Below are positions 36,671 to 45,800 of a stretch of 64,000 nucleotides of DNA, one piece after another (the first letter of the stretch is position 1; each line of letters opens with the position of its first letter). The DNA is from a virus (lineage: Duplodnaviria > Caudoviricetes): IMG/VR virus record IMGVR_UViG_3300042554_001750, one strand, 5' to 3'. Both the position numbers and the translations under genes were made by a program. The notes below the pieces were generated by a model, which saw only the letters and a program-made list of their open reading frames with translations, did no database searches and was not told where the DNA came from.

Positions 36671-37418
36671 TCTCCTTAGTCCAAATTACGATTTCCCAGT
36701 GGCCATCGTGGTGTTCAACCAATGCAGTCATAGATTCTACCCAGTCGCCATCATTCATATAAACAATGCCATCAATTTCTTTTATTTCAGCATGATGAAT
36801 GTGCCCACAGATCACACCATCAAAACCACGCTTCTTACAATAAGCAACTAAATTTTTTTCAAACTGAAATATAAAGTCAACAGCCTTTTTCACTCGCTGT
36901 TTCAAATATTGACTCAAACTCCAATAACCAAATCCAAATTTATGACGCCACCAATTGAACTTGTTGTTTAACCATAATACCACATCGTATGCTTTGTCAC
37001 CTAAAAATGCTAACCACGGCGCTAATCTAGTAATTCCATCAAATAAATCTCCGTGTATTACAAGATAATGTTTGCCATCTACACCTATGTGTTCAGTTTG
37101 GTTGGTTACTTCAACATTACCAAAGCCGATATTATAAGGCATGAGTGGTCGTAAAAATTCATCATGATTGCCTGCCACATAAATCACGCGAGTACCACGT
37201 TTAGCATGACCTAATATTCGTCTGACAACATTAGTATGGCTTTGCTTCCAGCGCCATTTGTTTTGCTGTATACGCCAAACATCCAAAATATCACCCACTA
37301 AGTACAATGTTTCACAAGTGTTGTGCTTGAGAAAATTATTTAGTTGTTCGGCTTTACTATCTCTAGTGCCTAAATGAACATCACTGACAAAAATGGCGCG
37401 ATAAGTCTTTGGTGTCAT
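36570..37418 (-). CDS. plcP: PlcP-type phospholipase C (LpxH-like metallophosphoesterase)
   Basis: SDVHLG, GDILD, GNHDE, HGD, CGHIHH, N.GDWVES; GNHD rather than LpxH GNRD; adjacent GT4. Confidence 0.8.
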   Translation of the reverse strand: MTPKTYRAIFVSDVHLGTRDSKAEQLNNFLKHNTCETLYLVGDILDVWRIQQNKWRWKQSHTNVVRRILGHAKRGTRVIYVAGNHDEFLRPLMPYNIGFGNVEVTNQTEHIGVDGKHYLVIHGDLFDGITRLAPWLAFLGDKAYDVVLWLNNKFNWWRHKFGFGYWSLSQYLKQRVKKAVDFIFQFEKNLVAYCKKRGFDGVICGHIHHAEIKEIDGIVYMNDGDWVESMTALVEHHDGHWEIVIWTKESDNVVTNFDSSTHKQSRRRAGQSSDKISDTDGV

Positions 37419-37456
37419 ACGAATATTTATCGTGTTATTAATTACAAACCTATTAT

Positions 37457-37478
37457 AAAAAAAGGCCCTTTCGGGCCT
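37457..37478 (-). terminator. Intrinsic terminator after pstS
   Basis: AGGCCC-GAAA-GGGCCT-TTTTTT. Confidence 0.85.
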
Positions 37479-37520
37479 GCTGGTTACGGATATCCAGCAC
37501 CACCTTATCTTGTGGTCGGT

Positions 37521-38510
37521 TTATTTAATTTTACTTATTTCTTTTTCTACTAACGCTACAACACTGTCTGGTAGAGGAACATAATCAAGTTCTTCTGCCA
37601 TCTTATCGCCCTTAGCAAAAGCCCATCTAAAGAATTTTAATGCTTCTTGTGCTTCTTGTGGTTTGTCATTCTTTAGATACATGATGATGAATGTGGCACC
37701 TGTAACAGGCCATGCAGTCCTGCCAGGTTGATCAGTTAATACTTGGAAAAATGTTTTTTCCCATGTAGCATTTGCTGCCGCAGCCTTGAATGTTAAATCA
37801 TCAGGAGCTACCCACTGACCATCTTTATTCTGCATCTGCACCCAATTCATTTTAGTTTGTTTGACATAAGCATACTCAACATAACCTAGTGCACCGGGTA
37901 GTTGACGAACCATAGCACTAACGCCCTCATTACCCTTGCCACCTACACCAACTTTCCAGTTAACAGCAGTACCTTCTCCAATTGTTTCTTTAAATTCGCT
38001 ATTAACTTTGCTTAGATAGTTTGTCCATAAGAATGTCGTGCCGCTACCATCTGCACGACGAACTACAGCAATATCTTGATTGGGTAGTTTTAATGATGGA
38101 TTAAGGTTTGCAATAGCAGGATCATCCCACTTTTTAATCTTACCTAAATAGATATCTGCAATTACTTGTCCGGTGAGTTTCATTTCGCCAGGCTTGACTT
38201 CTTTCAGATTAATGACAGGTACTACTCCACCAATTACTGTAGGGAACTGTGTTGCACCCATGCTAGATAATTTGTCGTCTTTTAATGGCATATCACTTGC
38301 ACCGAACGCTACTGTCTTGGCTTCAATTTGTCTTATGCCTGCACCTGATCCTACACTTTGATAATTTAATCTAATACCAGTTTCTTTATTATAGGCATCT
38401 GCCCACTTAGCATAAAGCGGAGCCGGGAATGTTGCCCCGGCTCCATTAATTGTCTGTGCGTGTGCCGTGAATGATACGGCTGCTAATACCATAGCAATTA
38501 TTTTGTTCAT
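37521..38510 (-). CDS. pstS: Phosphate ABC transporter periplasmic binding protein
   Basis: Signal peptide; GAGATFPAPLY, YQSVGSGAGI, FGASD, RRADGSGTT, WPVTG. Confidence 0.95.
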   Translation of the reverse strand: MNKIIAMVLAAVSFTAHAQTINGAGATFPAPLYAKWADAYNKETGIRLNYQSVGSGAGIRQIEAKTVAFGASDMPLKDDKLSSMGATQFPTVIGGVVPVINLKEVKPGEMKLTGQVIADIYLGKIKKWDDPAIANLNPSLKLPNQDIAVVRRADGSGTTFLWTNYLSKVNSEFKETIGEGTAVNWKVGVGGKGNEGVSAMVRQLPGALGYVEYAYVKQTKMNWVQMQNKDGQWVAPDDLTFKAAAANATWEKTFFQVLTDQPGRTAWPVTGATFIIMYLKNDKPQEAQEALKFFRWAFAKGDKMAEELDYVPLPDSVVALVEKEISKIK

Positions 38511-38554
38511 ACTTGTCTCCTTGTGTGTTGAACAACTGTATTTACAAAAAAAGT

Positions 38555-38593
38555 GTTAAGAAATTATGACAAAATTGTGACAGTTTATGACAA
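38555..38593 (-). promoter_or_regulatory. Pho box array (PhoB-binding) upstream of pstS
   Basis: TTGTCAT-AAA-CTGTCAC-AATT-TTGTCAT-AATT-TCTTAAC; last three half-sites at 11-nt period. Confidence 0.8.
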
Positions 38594-38615
38594 AAGGGGC
38601 CAATGGCCCCTTTTG
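38591..38615 (-). terminator. Intrinsic (bidirectional-type) terminator after porin gene
   Basis: CAAAAGGGGCCA-T-TGGCCCCTTTTG inverted repeat. Confidence 0.8.
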
Positions 38616-38634
38616 TATTTTGGCAAAGATAAAA

Positions 38635-39546
38635 TTAAAACTTGTGTGTTACACCAACACCAAATCCACTAGTACCATTGGCTGCAGGACAGCCAATAGC
38701 TAAACAACTTACAGCACTTCTATCAACATTGCGATATACAACATGCAAAGCAGTACGCTTGCTTAAATTGTAATCAGCACCAACATTGTAAGCAGTTGTG
38801 TCTGTATTTGTACGGCCATAACTTGCCTTTGCAGTGATATGACCCATATCACGTGCTACACCAAGCGTTTGACCTTTGCTAGTTACTAGACCTTCGTTGT
38901 CGCTGTATACATACGCTACTGTAGTTCCCATCAATTTAGTTTGAGCACCGAATACTGTGCTCTTTTCTGTTCCTTGTTGGAAACGTGCAACATCAACATG
39001 TAATCTTGCGATTTTAGTTGAGCCGGCAAAAACTTCAGCGTCTGCGCCAGGACCATTTAGTGTACGCTCATACGCAACTACAGAACCCTTAACAGGAACC
39101 ATTGTAGCATATACAGCATCTGCTAAACGCAATCCGCGTAGATTGTGTACATCACCTGCAACACTACCATACAATGTTCCGAAAACATCATTTTTAGTGA
39201 TTGCTAAGAAGTGGCTGTGTACATTGCGACCTAAGTCAACACTACCAAACTTATTGGCAAGACCGACTGTTGCTTGACGATCACCAACTCTAGTATCATC
39301 ACCTCCAAAGGTGTTACCCTTCAATGATGTTTCTACAGTGGCTCGGGCAAACAAATCACGGCCCATTTTTTCTTTAACTGATAGTGCAAAGTTGCTGGTT
39401 GGTTCAGTAACAAGTTGAGTACTGGTAGAACCATTACCAACTTTAGAGTTATCAACAAATGCGCTGACTTTTCCGTTTATTGTTACCTGAGCACTAGCAA
39501 CTGAAACTAGCCCCATCAATAAAGTTGCCATTATAATTTTCTTCAT
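38635..39546 (-). CDS. Gram-negative trimeric porin (betaproteobacterial type)
   Basis: Signal peptide, GSVDLGR, ADYNLSKRT.L, amphipathic C-terminal strand ending in Phe (GVGVTHKF). Confidence 0.85.
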   Translation of the reverse strand: MKKIIMATLLMGLVSVASAQVTINGKVSAFVDNSKVGNGSTSTQLVTEPTSNFALSVKEKMGRDLFARATVETSLKGNTFGGDDTRVGDRQATVGLANKFGSVDLGRNVHSHFLAITKNDVFGTLYGSVAGDVHNLRGLRLADAVYATMVPVKGSVVAYERTLNGPGADAEVFAGSTKIARLHVDVARFQQGTEKSTVFGAQTKLMGTTVAYVYSDNEGLVTSKGQTLGVARDMGHITAKASYGRTNTDTTAYNVGADYNLSKRTALHVVYRNVDRSAVSCLAIGCPAANGTSGFGVGVTHKF

Positions 39547-39568
39547 GCTTTTTTCCTTATGTAAAAAT

Positions 39569-39588
39569 GCCTGTTAAATTTAACAGGC
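39569..39588. repeat. Perfect 20-bp palindrome in porin leader
   Basis: GCCTGTTAAATTTAACAGGC. Confidence 0.8.
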
Positions 39589-39691
39589 TAGATTAATATT
39601 TATTGAGACAAAAAAATCCAAATACTTTTATAGTTTACACCAAGTATCTTACTATTATGCGTAATAAGTGCTTTTAGTTTATGGTTATATA

Positions 39692-40537
39692 TTACGGAAG
39701 TTTGTTTATGATATATTTAAAATTATTGCAACCAAATTTTTCTTCTAGTGGATATCTGAGCAATAGGTCATAGGGTCTTTTACTGGGTTTGTTTGAATAT
39801 TTAAGTTTGAGTCTATTTGAAATTTTATAGGCGTACTGGTCGTAAAAGTCTTTTACCCGTTCAAAACCTGTATATTTAGTGATTTGCGGTATAATCGGAA
39901 TTCCAACTGATTGCAATGATATTATCTTTTTGTTATATTGATTTGTTTCCTTATGATACTCGCTTGACAAATTCTGAGAAAGTTCATATATATTACTATA
40001 AGCAATTTCAGGCGTTTGTGATAAAAAGTAAGGAACAGTTGAGCGTTGTAAACTAGCATTATACAAACAAATGTTGTTATACCCAATAACTGCTTTAGCT
40101 TTGGTCAATCTATCCCCGCTAAAAATTACAGTTCCGTCCAGATGTTCAGTCATACCCAAGTGAGCACCAAAGTGCGGACTAGTTATTTTGTAAACGTCTG
40201 CCAGTCTGAAATATTCGTGTTCATAAAAACCTAGTAAATCAAAATCCAGATACTGGACTTCCATGTTTTCTCTGGCTGAAAAAACATCTAATGTTTCTAA
40301 ATCATGAGAGTTTAAATCTGTGTTATATCGGACGCTGGTGGGTATATAGTTTTTACCAAACCATTTCCAGGCTAATAAAACAGTTTGGCTATCTACACCA
40401 CCAGTGACCATTAAATGGTATGGTGGTTTATAATTAGCCATTATCTGCTTGACTGTTAACTCAAGCGCATCAATGGTGTTTGTATAGTTTACAGGAGTTG
40501 TAAAGTCTATAGTATCACTTGAAACTTTAAACCACAT
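39692..40537 (-). CDS. Hypothetical protein with PP-loop-like motif (adenine nucleotide alpha-hydrolase-like)
   Basis: LMVTGGVDSQ resembles SGGxDS. Confidence 0.55.
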   Translation of the reverse strand: MWFKVSSDTIDFTTPVNYTNTIDALELTVKQIMANYKPPYHLMVTGGVDSQTVLLAWKWFGKNYIPTSVRYNTDLNSHDLETLDVFSARENMEVQYLDFDLLGFYEHEYFRLADVYKITSPHFGAHLGMTEHLDGTVIFSGDRLTKAKAVIGYNNICLYNASLQRSTVPYFLSQTPEIAYSNIYELSQNLSSEYHKETNQYNKKIISLQSVGIPIIPQITKYTGFERVKDFYDQYAYKISNRLKLKYSNKPSKRPYDLLLRYPLEEKFGCNNFKYIINKLP

Positions 40538-40541
40538 TGTA

Positions 40542-42185
40542 TCAGAAACAACTACATCTGCCTTTCAATTCACAGCCAGGATCAAAATATATAGTACAGC
40601 CTCCGCCGACGCAGTTGTCAAAGCACCCGTCTAGAGTCTCACAAGGATCTAATGAACACTGGATAGATTGTAATTTAATGTTTAGAATAGGATCATTTTG
40701 TGCTAATGTGCTTAAATCAATACCGGAACGATAAGTCACGATTTCTAAATCATAATCTTGCAATGTTCCATTTCTGAATGTAGCTCTCAATGGTATTTTG
40801 ACATATTCGTAATCACTGGTATTGCTTGTAATTGCGGGTACAACTCCGTAAAGTTTTCCAGAAGAAGTTATTTTTAATCCTGCTGGCAAATCAATGTCAT
40901 ATTCAAATTTCTCTACTACTGAAGGAGAAAATATATTCAATATGTGAGGTTGACCTTCTTCAGCTTTTGTAAAAAGTGAATATGATAAGGTGCTTGATTG
41001 AAATTCTGAGTAGATTGAAGTTATTTTATTAACACTGCCTGCATATTTTGGATCAGTTAAATCCAACATATCTTGGCGGCTCAGTGATCCGCTGCTCATA
41101 TAGTAATTAGGAGATATTACTCCAATTAACTCAGGAAAATGCCATGTCATGTTATACGCCAATGCAGCCGAATGTAATGCTGCTGCAATACTAGTACCCG
41201 AAGCATTTCCTGTTGTGCCGCCTGGAATCGCTACAAAAATGTCTTTTCCAGGAGCCCATCCATCTAAAGCACCGTGATTAGTGTCGCCATTCGTTAATGA
41301 GATTGCGCTACTTCCGGTATAATTAGAGAATGAGCATGGTCTGAAATCACTGTCATATGCTCCTATTGTCAATACGTCATTCATTGAAGCAGGAGTAGCA
41401 TTATCTATAGGCATTCCACTGTTTCCGGCTGCGCAAACAAATAGTATACCAGCATCTATCATCTGCTGTATTTTGTTTTCAATTAGTAAATTTTTATCAA
41501 TGGTCCAGCTACAGTTAACAATAGCGCCATTGTTACTAGAATTTAGAAAATTTGTAACGAAATCATCAAAAATCGCATCTAATGCAGAAAGCAGGTCACT
41601 TTGCTTGGTAGCAACACCACTCTGGAAGATTTTTACTCCCTTAACTTTGGCATTAGTAATACCGCATGTGCGGCCGGCTATAACGCTAGCAATAGCAGTA
41701 CCGTGACCATTTGTGTCATTGTTGCTAGATGTATCGTTGACAAAGCTCCAAAGATTTGTTACATCACTGCCAACAAAATCCGGATGTGTAGTATCTATTC
41801 CACTGTCTAATACATATACTGTACTATTAGCACCTCTGCGATCTATTCTCGTAATAGGTTCTTCTAAATTGATATTGGCCAATGAATAGGCTTTCCACCA
41901 GTTTCGGTCTAGTGTATTATCAAATTCTAAAATGTCACCTGTTAAGGTATTTTTTCCGTATGTTTCATCTAAAATAACCACATGAGAATGCAAACTTACC
42001 GGATTATCTTCATCAGCAACTAAGTGTTCAACAATGTCAGCCATCGTCGGTATGGCTGTAGTTTCTACTAAATAGATACCCTCAAATCTATTAAAAACTT
42101 TGATTATAGTTGCAGAAATAGATTCTAAATAGTGATTTATTTCTTCTTGAGTAACGTTGGCTTTAAAGTCAATTATATATTTCAT
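40542..42185 (-). CDS. S8 subtilisin-like serine protease with N-terminal prodomain, Ig-like segment and Cys-rich tail
   Basis: LDSGID (Asp), GHGTAIAS (His), AAGN oxyanion, GTSIAA (Ser); LPAGLKITSSGKLYG; 8 Cys in last ~38 aa. Confidence 0.9.
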   Translation of the reverse strand: MKYIIDFKANVTQEEINHYLESISATIIKVFNRFEGIYLVETTAIPTMADIVEHLVADEDNPVSLHSHVVILDETYGKNTLTGDILEFDNTLDRNWWKAYSLANINLEEPITRIDRRGANSTVYVLDSGIDTTHPDFVGSDVTNLWSFVNDTSSNNDTNGHGTAIASVIAGRTCGITNAKVKGVKIFQSGVATKQSDLLSALDAIFDDFVTNFLNSSNNGAIVNCSWTIDKNLLIENKIQQMIDAGILFVCAAGNSGMPIDNATPASMNDVLTIGAYDSDFRPCSFSNYTGSSAISLTNGDTNHGALDGWAPGKDIFVAIPGGTTGNASGTSIAAALHSAALAYNMTWHFPELIGVISPNYYMSSGSLSRQDMLDLTDPKYAGSVNKITSIYSEFQSSTLSYSLFTKAEEGQPHILNIFSPSVVEKFEYDIDLPAGLKITSSGKLYGVVPAITSNTSDYEYVKIPLRATFRNGTLQDYDLEIVTYRSGIDLSTLAQNDPILNIKLQSIQCSLDPCETLDGCFDNCVGGGCTIYFDPGCELKGRCSCF

Positions 42186-42205
42186 CTGGATGTCCTCACT
42201 ATTAT

Positions 42206-42460
42206 TTAGTCTAGATTTTCTGTTTTATCCGAATTCACGACTGCAATCGGTAACCACTTTTTTTGTGGGCAGGAAACACTAGGTATATAAGTTTTCACGG
42301 GCATATAACAACCGCAAAGTTTGCAAAAATCAGTAGAATGAAACTGGTCACAAGTCTTGCAAATTTCCAAACGTTGATTTCTTTGTTCTTCGGGCAGTTT
42401 TATATTATCAACAACAGTTTGTGCGGTTTGTGCGAGTTTTTGCTTTAACTTTTCTAGCAT
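42206..42460 (-). CDS. Small Cys-rich protein (DUF6171-like)
   Basis: RLEICKTC...CKLCGC...CPQKKW; exact TATAAATA at 42481-42488. Confidence 0.65.
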   Translation of the reverse strand: MLEKLKQKLAQTAQTVVDNIKLPEEQRNQRLEICKTCDQFHSTDFCKLCGCYMPVKTYIPSVSCPQKKWLPIAVVNSDKTENLD

Positions 42461-42532
42461 CGTTGATCCTCTATTATATGTATTTATAGTATTAGTAAAT
42501 GTAGATTTTTATATGATCATGACCATCAGTTT

Positions 42533-42560
42533 AAAAAAAGGAGGCTTAAGCCCCCTTTTT
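42533..42560 (-). terminator. Intrinsic terminator after tmRNA
   Basis: AAAAAGGGGGC-TTAA-GCCTCC-TTTTTTT. Confidence 0.8.
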
Positions 42561-42890
42561 GGTTAGTTTGGTAACAAGGTCTTTCCTACCCCGTCTCAAG
42601 CTCAAGCGGCTAGAGCAAATACCTCATCGTTTGCAGGTATAAGTTTTGCTTGATTTACGGTCATCGCCTACCGTGCTGTCCACTCTGTTACTCTTTGCCC
42701 TGTCGAAACCATGACTGGCCCATCATAAAAGGACTATAGCAAAAACTACTAAAACTACAGTTATACCAAACAACCATTTTACTACTTCGTCGTTCATATA
42801 ATCCCTTTATGGTGGACCAGGCGGGAGTCGAACCCGCGTCCAGAACACTTTTCTCTTTGCTTCATACAGCAATAATCTTTATGTTATCAT
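42560..42890 (-). ncRNA. ssrA: Two-piece (circularly permuted) tmRNA; acceptor piece ~42890-42810, intervening segment 42809-42722, coding piece from 42721
   Basis: T-arm and CCA end GCGGGTTCGACTCCCGCCTGGTCCACCA upstream of 5' end GGGCCAGTCATGGTTTCGAC; acceptor stem with G3.U; tag reading frame (A)NDEVFALAA*. Confidence 0.92.
42723..42797 (-). CDS. 24-aa single-transmembrane ORF inside the tmRNA intervening segment
   Basis: AAAGGGA RBS-like, MNDEVVKWLFGITVVLVVFAIVLL*. Confidence 0.5.
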   Translation of the reverse strand: MNDEVVKWLFGITVVLVVFAIVLL

Positions 42891-45800
42891 GACTTGTATT
42901 TATTTGTAAAGTACTGATTTAACCATTCCCATTCGTATGTTAATTTCAATTTGGCAAAATCGTCTTTATTGTTTTCATAATACTCATAAGCATCATTTGC
43001 ACCCATTAATGCATACTCACTAAAGTCACCCTCAGCCTTTGCTAACCAAGTATGCAAACGTGTTTGACTCATATAGTCTTGCTCATCATTACACAGTTTA
43101 ATTACTTCTCTGAATGCAGTTCTCCAAGTGCTATATGGGTCTGTATTGAACATTGCAGTTCCCGAATTGATTTCTACTACTTCATGGTTGTCATCAAGTG
43201 TAAAGTCTAATCCTTTACCGGTGTTATTCAATGTCATTATCTTGTTATAGGCAATCATAGCTTGGTGACCATATACTAACCCGTTCACAGGATTAGTAGC
43301 GTGAAAAATATAATGCTTTGACTTTTGAAGCCTGTCAGGTTGCCAGTTCCAATCAAAATTGTCGTCTACTTTTAACTTAGCAAATACCGTAAAGAACCAC
43401 GGCGTAGTGCTTACATTTGCTGCGGCATGGTACGCATTTACTCTTCCATTTACCCCATCAACGCGGACAACTTTGTTCTTTTTACCTTTGGTTACTTTTA
43501 ATAGATGTTCGTAGTTTTCTTCTGCGTTACTTTCACCATTGCTTAAAAATACAATGTCTAACGGATTGCTTTGTAATGGCTTGTAAGATTTTTTAATATA
43601 GGGATAATCATATAATTCTTCTTTTACATATTTTATAGCATCTTTAGGAACTATTATTCTTGTTCCACCTGTAGTAGTTACTAGAATAGTTTTAGAACTT
43701 TCAGACCATAAACTAATAGGTTTCTCATCCTTGATATTAATATTTCTATGGTCGTTAGTTTTAAAAACTGCATAAGGGAACTTAAAGTTTTTATCTATAG
43801 ATCCAACATGACTGTCACTAGTAATAAATTCAGGCGGATTGATTCTAGTGACTGATTGATGCTCATTGAAATTGATACTTGGATAATTTTCTAATGAAGA
43901 AATGTCATTTATGAACTTGCGCAATAATTCAACATTTACTAAAAAGGTATCACCATATTTTTGTCTGTCACTAGGAAACACATGCAATTGTTCCTGCGCA
44001 AAGGGATCGCAAATATAACTGAAATCAAATTTATCGTAATGACATATTGAATTACATACCCAAATAAACTGATCCTTTTTATCTTCTAACAGATTAAGAA
44101 TCTTTTCAAATGTTTTATGATAGGTGTCTACAAAATCAATAGTATGTAATTTTCTATTCCCAATTTTTTCTGTAATGTCGTATATGATATCAACCGATTC
44201 GTAGTTTCCGTGATCTATCAAATATACATCATATAGACAATCAGTAGCCTTTGCTCTTTTACTTTTTACTAAGTTTATAGTATTGAGGTGCTCAATAACT
44301 TTAACATACTTGGTATCTTCTAAAAAGGTTTCTGAATTAATGACATAAGTATTTCCCCAATGATTCCATTGAGTACCAAACACATGAATCATTTTGATTT
44401 GCCATGGACTTGGATAAAAATCAAAAGTAAAATCAGAATAATCTAATTCGCTATTCAATACCCAAAATAATTTTGTTTCTGTTTTGCGAATGCATCTTGC
44501 GATTGTTTCAACCCAGTTGTTGAAGAATCTTGTTTTTTGAAGCTTGGGATATAACTCTTTAAGTTTATTGAAACGAATATTACTTTCTAGGTTACCTTTA
44601 TCAATAAAAAACATACTCAAATTAGTATCTGTTTGAACTTGATGTTCTTCAACATAGTTATATTCTTTATAGCCCAACAAATACAACGGAGCATTGATGT
44701 AGTAGGTTTGTGTGTTCTTACTATATTCATTACCGAACACATTTATGTGTCTAAAGTTTTGTTCAGTTGGCCTCCAACTAAAATCAAACTTATCATAGTT
44801 TAAATCAGGGTTTAGTGCCCAAAATACTTCTTCAGGATGTTGATTAATCAAATCTTCTAATGTAGTCGTAATATAATATTTGTTTACTGTTGTCTTTTTA
44901 CTTTCATTAGAACGTTCCATCAATACAACTTCCGTAGCACCAGGCACTGTGTATCTAGGGCCATTGTTAGCCCACTGATATATTTGAGGCGGACTATGAG
45001 GATTAGGTCTCCATGTAAAATCAAATGTTTCTAAATCATCAGTATTGTTAACGCTCCACAAATTTAGTTGTGCAGCAGGAACAGCTACCGGTTCTAACAT
45101 ATATTTTTTATCTGTTGCTCCCTCTACATGATATTCAACAGTGGGTTCAGTAGATGCATCATTCCATTTATTACCAAACACATATATGTAGGGAGGTGAC
45201 TTGGGATCAGGTCTCCAACTAAAATCAAAACTTTCAATTGGTAGTAATTTTTTCCAATGATTTTCTGTCGCAGTAGATTTTACTAATGCTTTGATGTTAT
45301 CAATGTATGTGTATTCTGTAGCTCCGGGACAATGATACTCAACAGTTGGTTCTTGAAGTGCATCATTCCATTGATTACCAAACACATAGATATAAGGAGG
45401 ACTATGTGGATTAGGTCTCCAGCTATAATCAAAACTTTCTATGTCTATTAATGTTTTCCAATACTGTTGTGTTTTACTAACTTTAGCAATTATGTTAGTA
45501 ATATACTTTTTGTCAGTGGCCCCATGAACTGTGTACAGTACCGTAGGCTCAGTCATAGCATCGTGCCATTGATTGCCAAACACATAGATATAAGGAGGAC
45601 TGCCGGGTTCGGGTCTCCAACTAAAATCAAAATCTTCTACTGGAATCAACACACTCCAATTATCCATGTCGGGCAATGTTTTCGCAAATCTGTCATTCAT
45701 GTATTTGCGTTCAGATGCCCCTTCACAGTGATATTCAATAGTTGGTTCTGTTTCAGCATTGTTACTTTGATTACCCCATACATAGATATATGCTGGTTCT

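Noticed and set aside
36570-37418. LpxH (lipid A biosynthesis) annotation
   Set aside because: GNHD rather than GNRD motif and linkage to Agt-like GT4 and pstS favour PlcP
37424-37456. Second Pho box before plcP (TTGTAAT...)
   Set aside because: Only one plausible half-site; no partner at 11-nt spacing
42810-42845. tRNA gene
   Set aside because: Only T-arm and acceptor 3' strand are present; no anticodon arm; the matching 5' strand lies downstream with a tag ORF, so it is a permuted tmRNA
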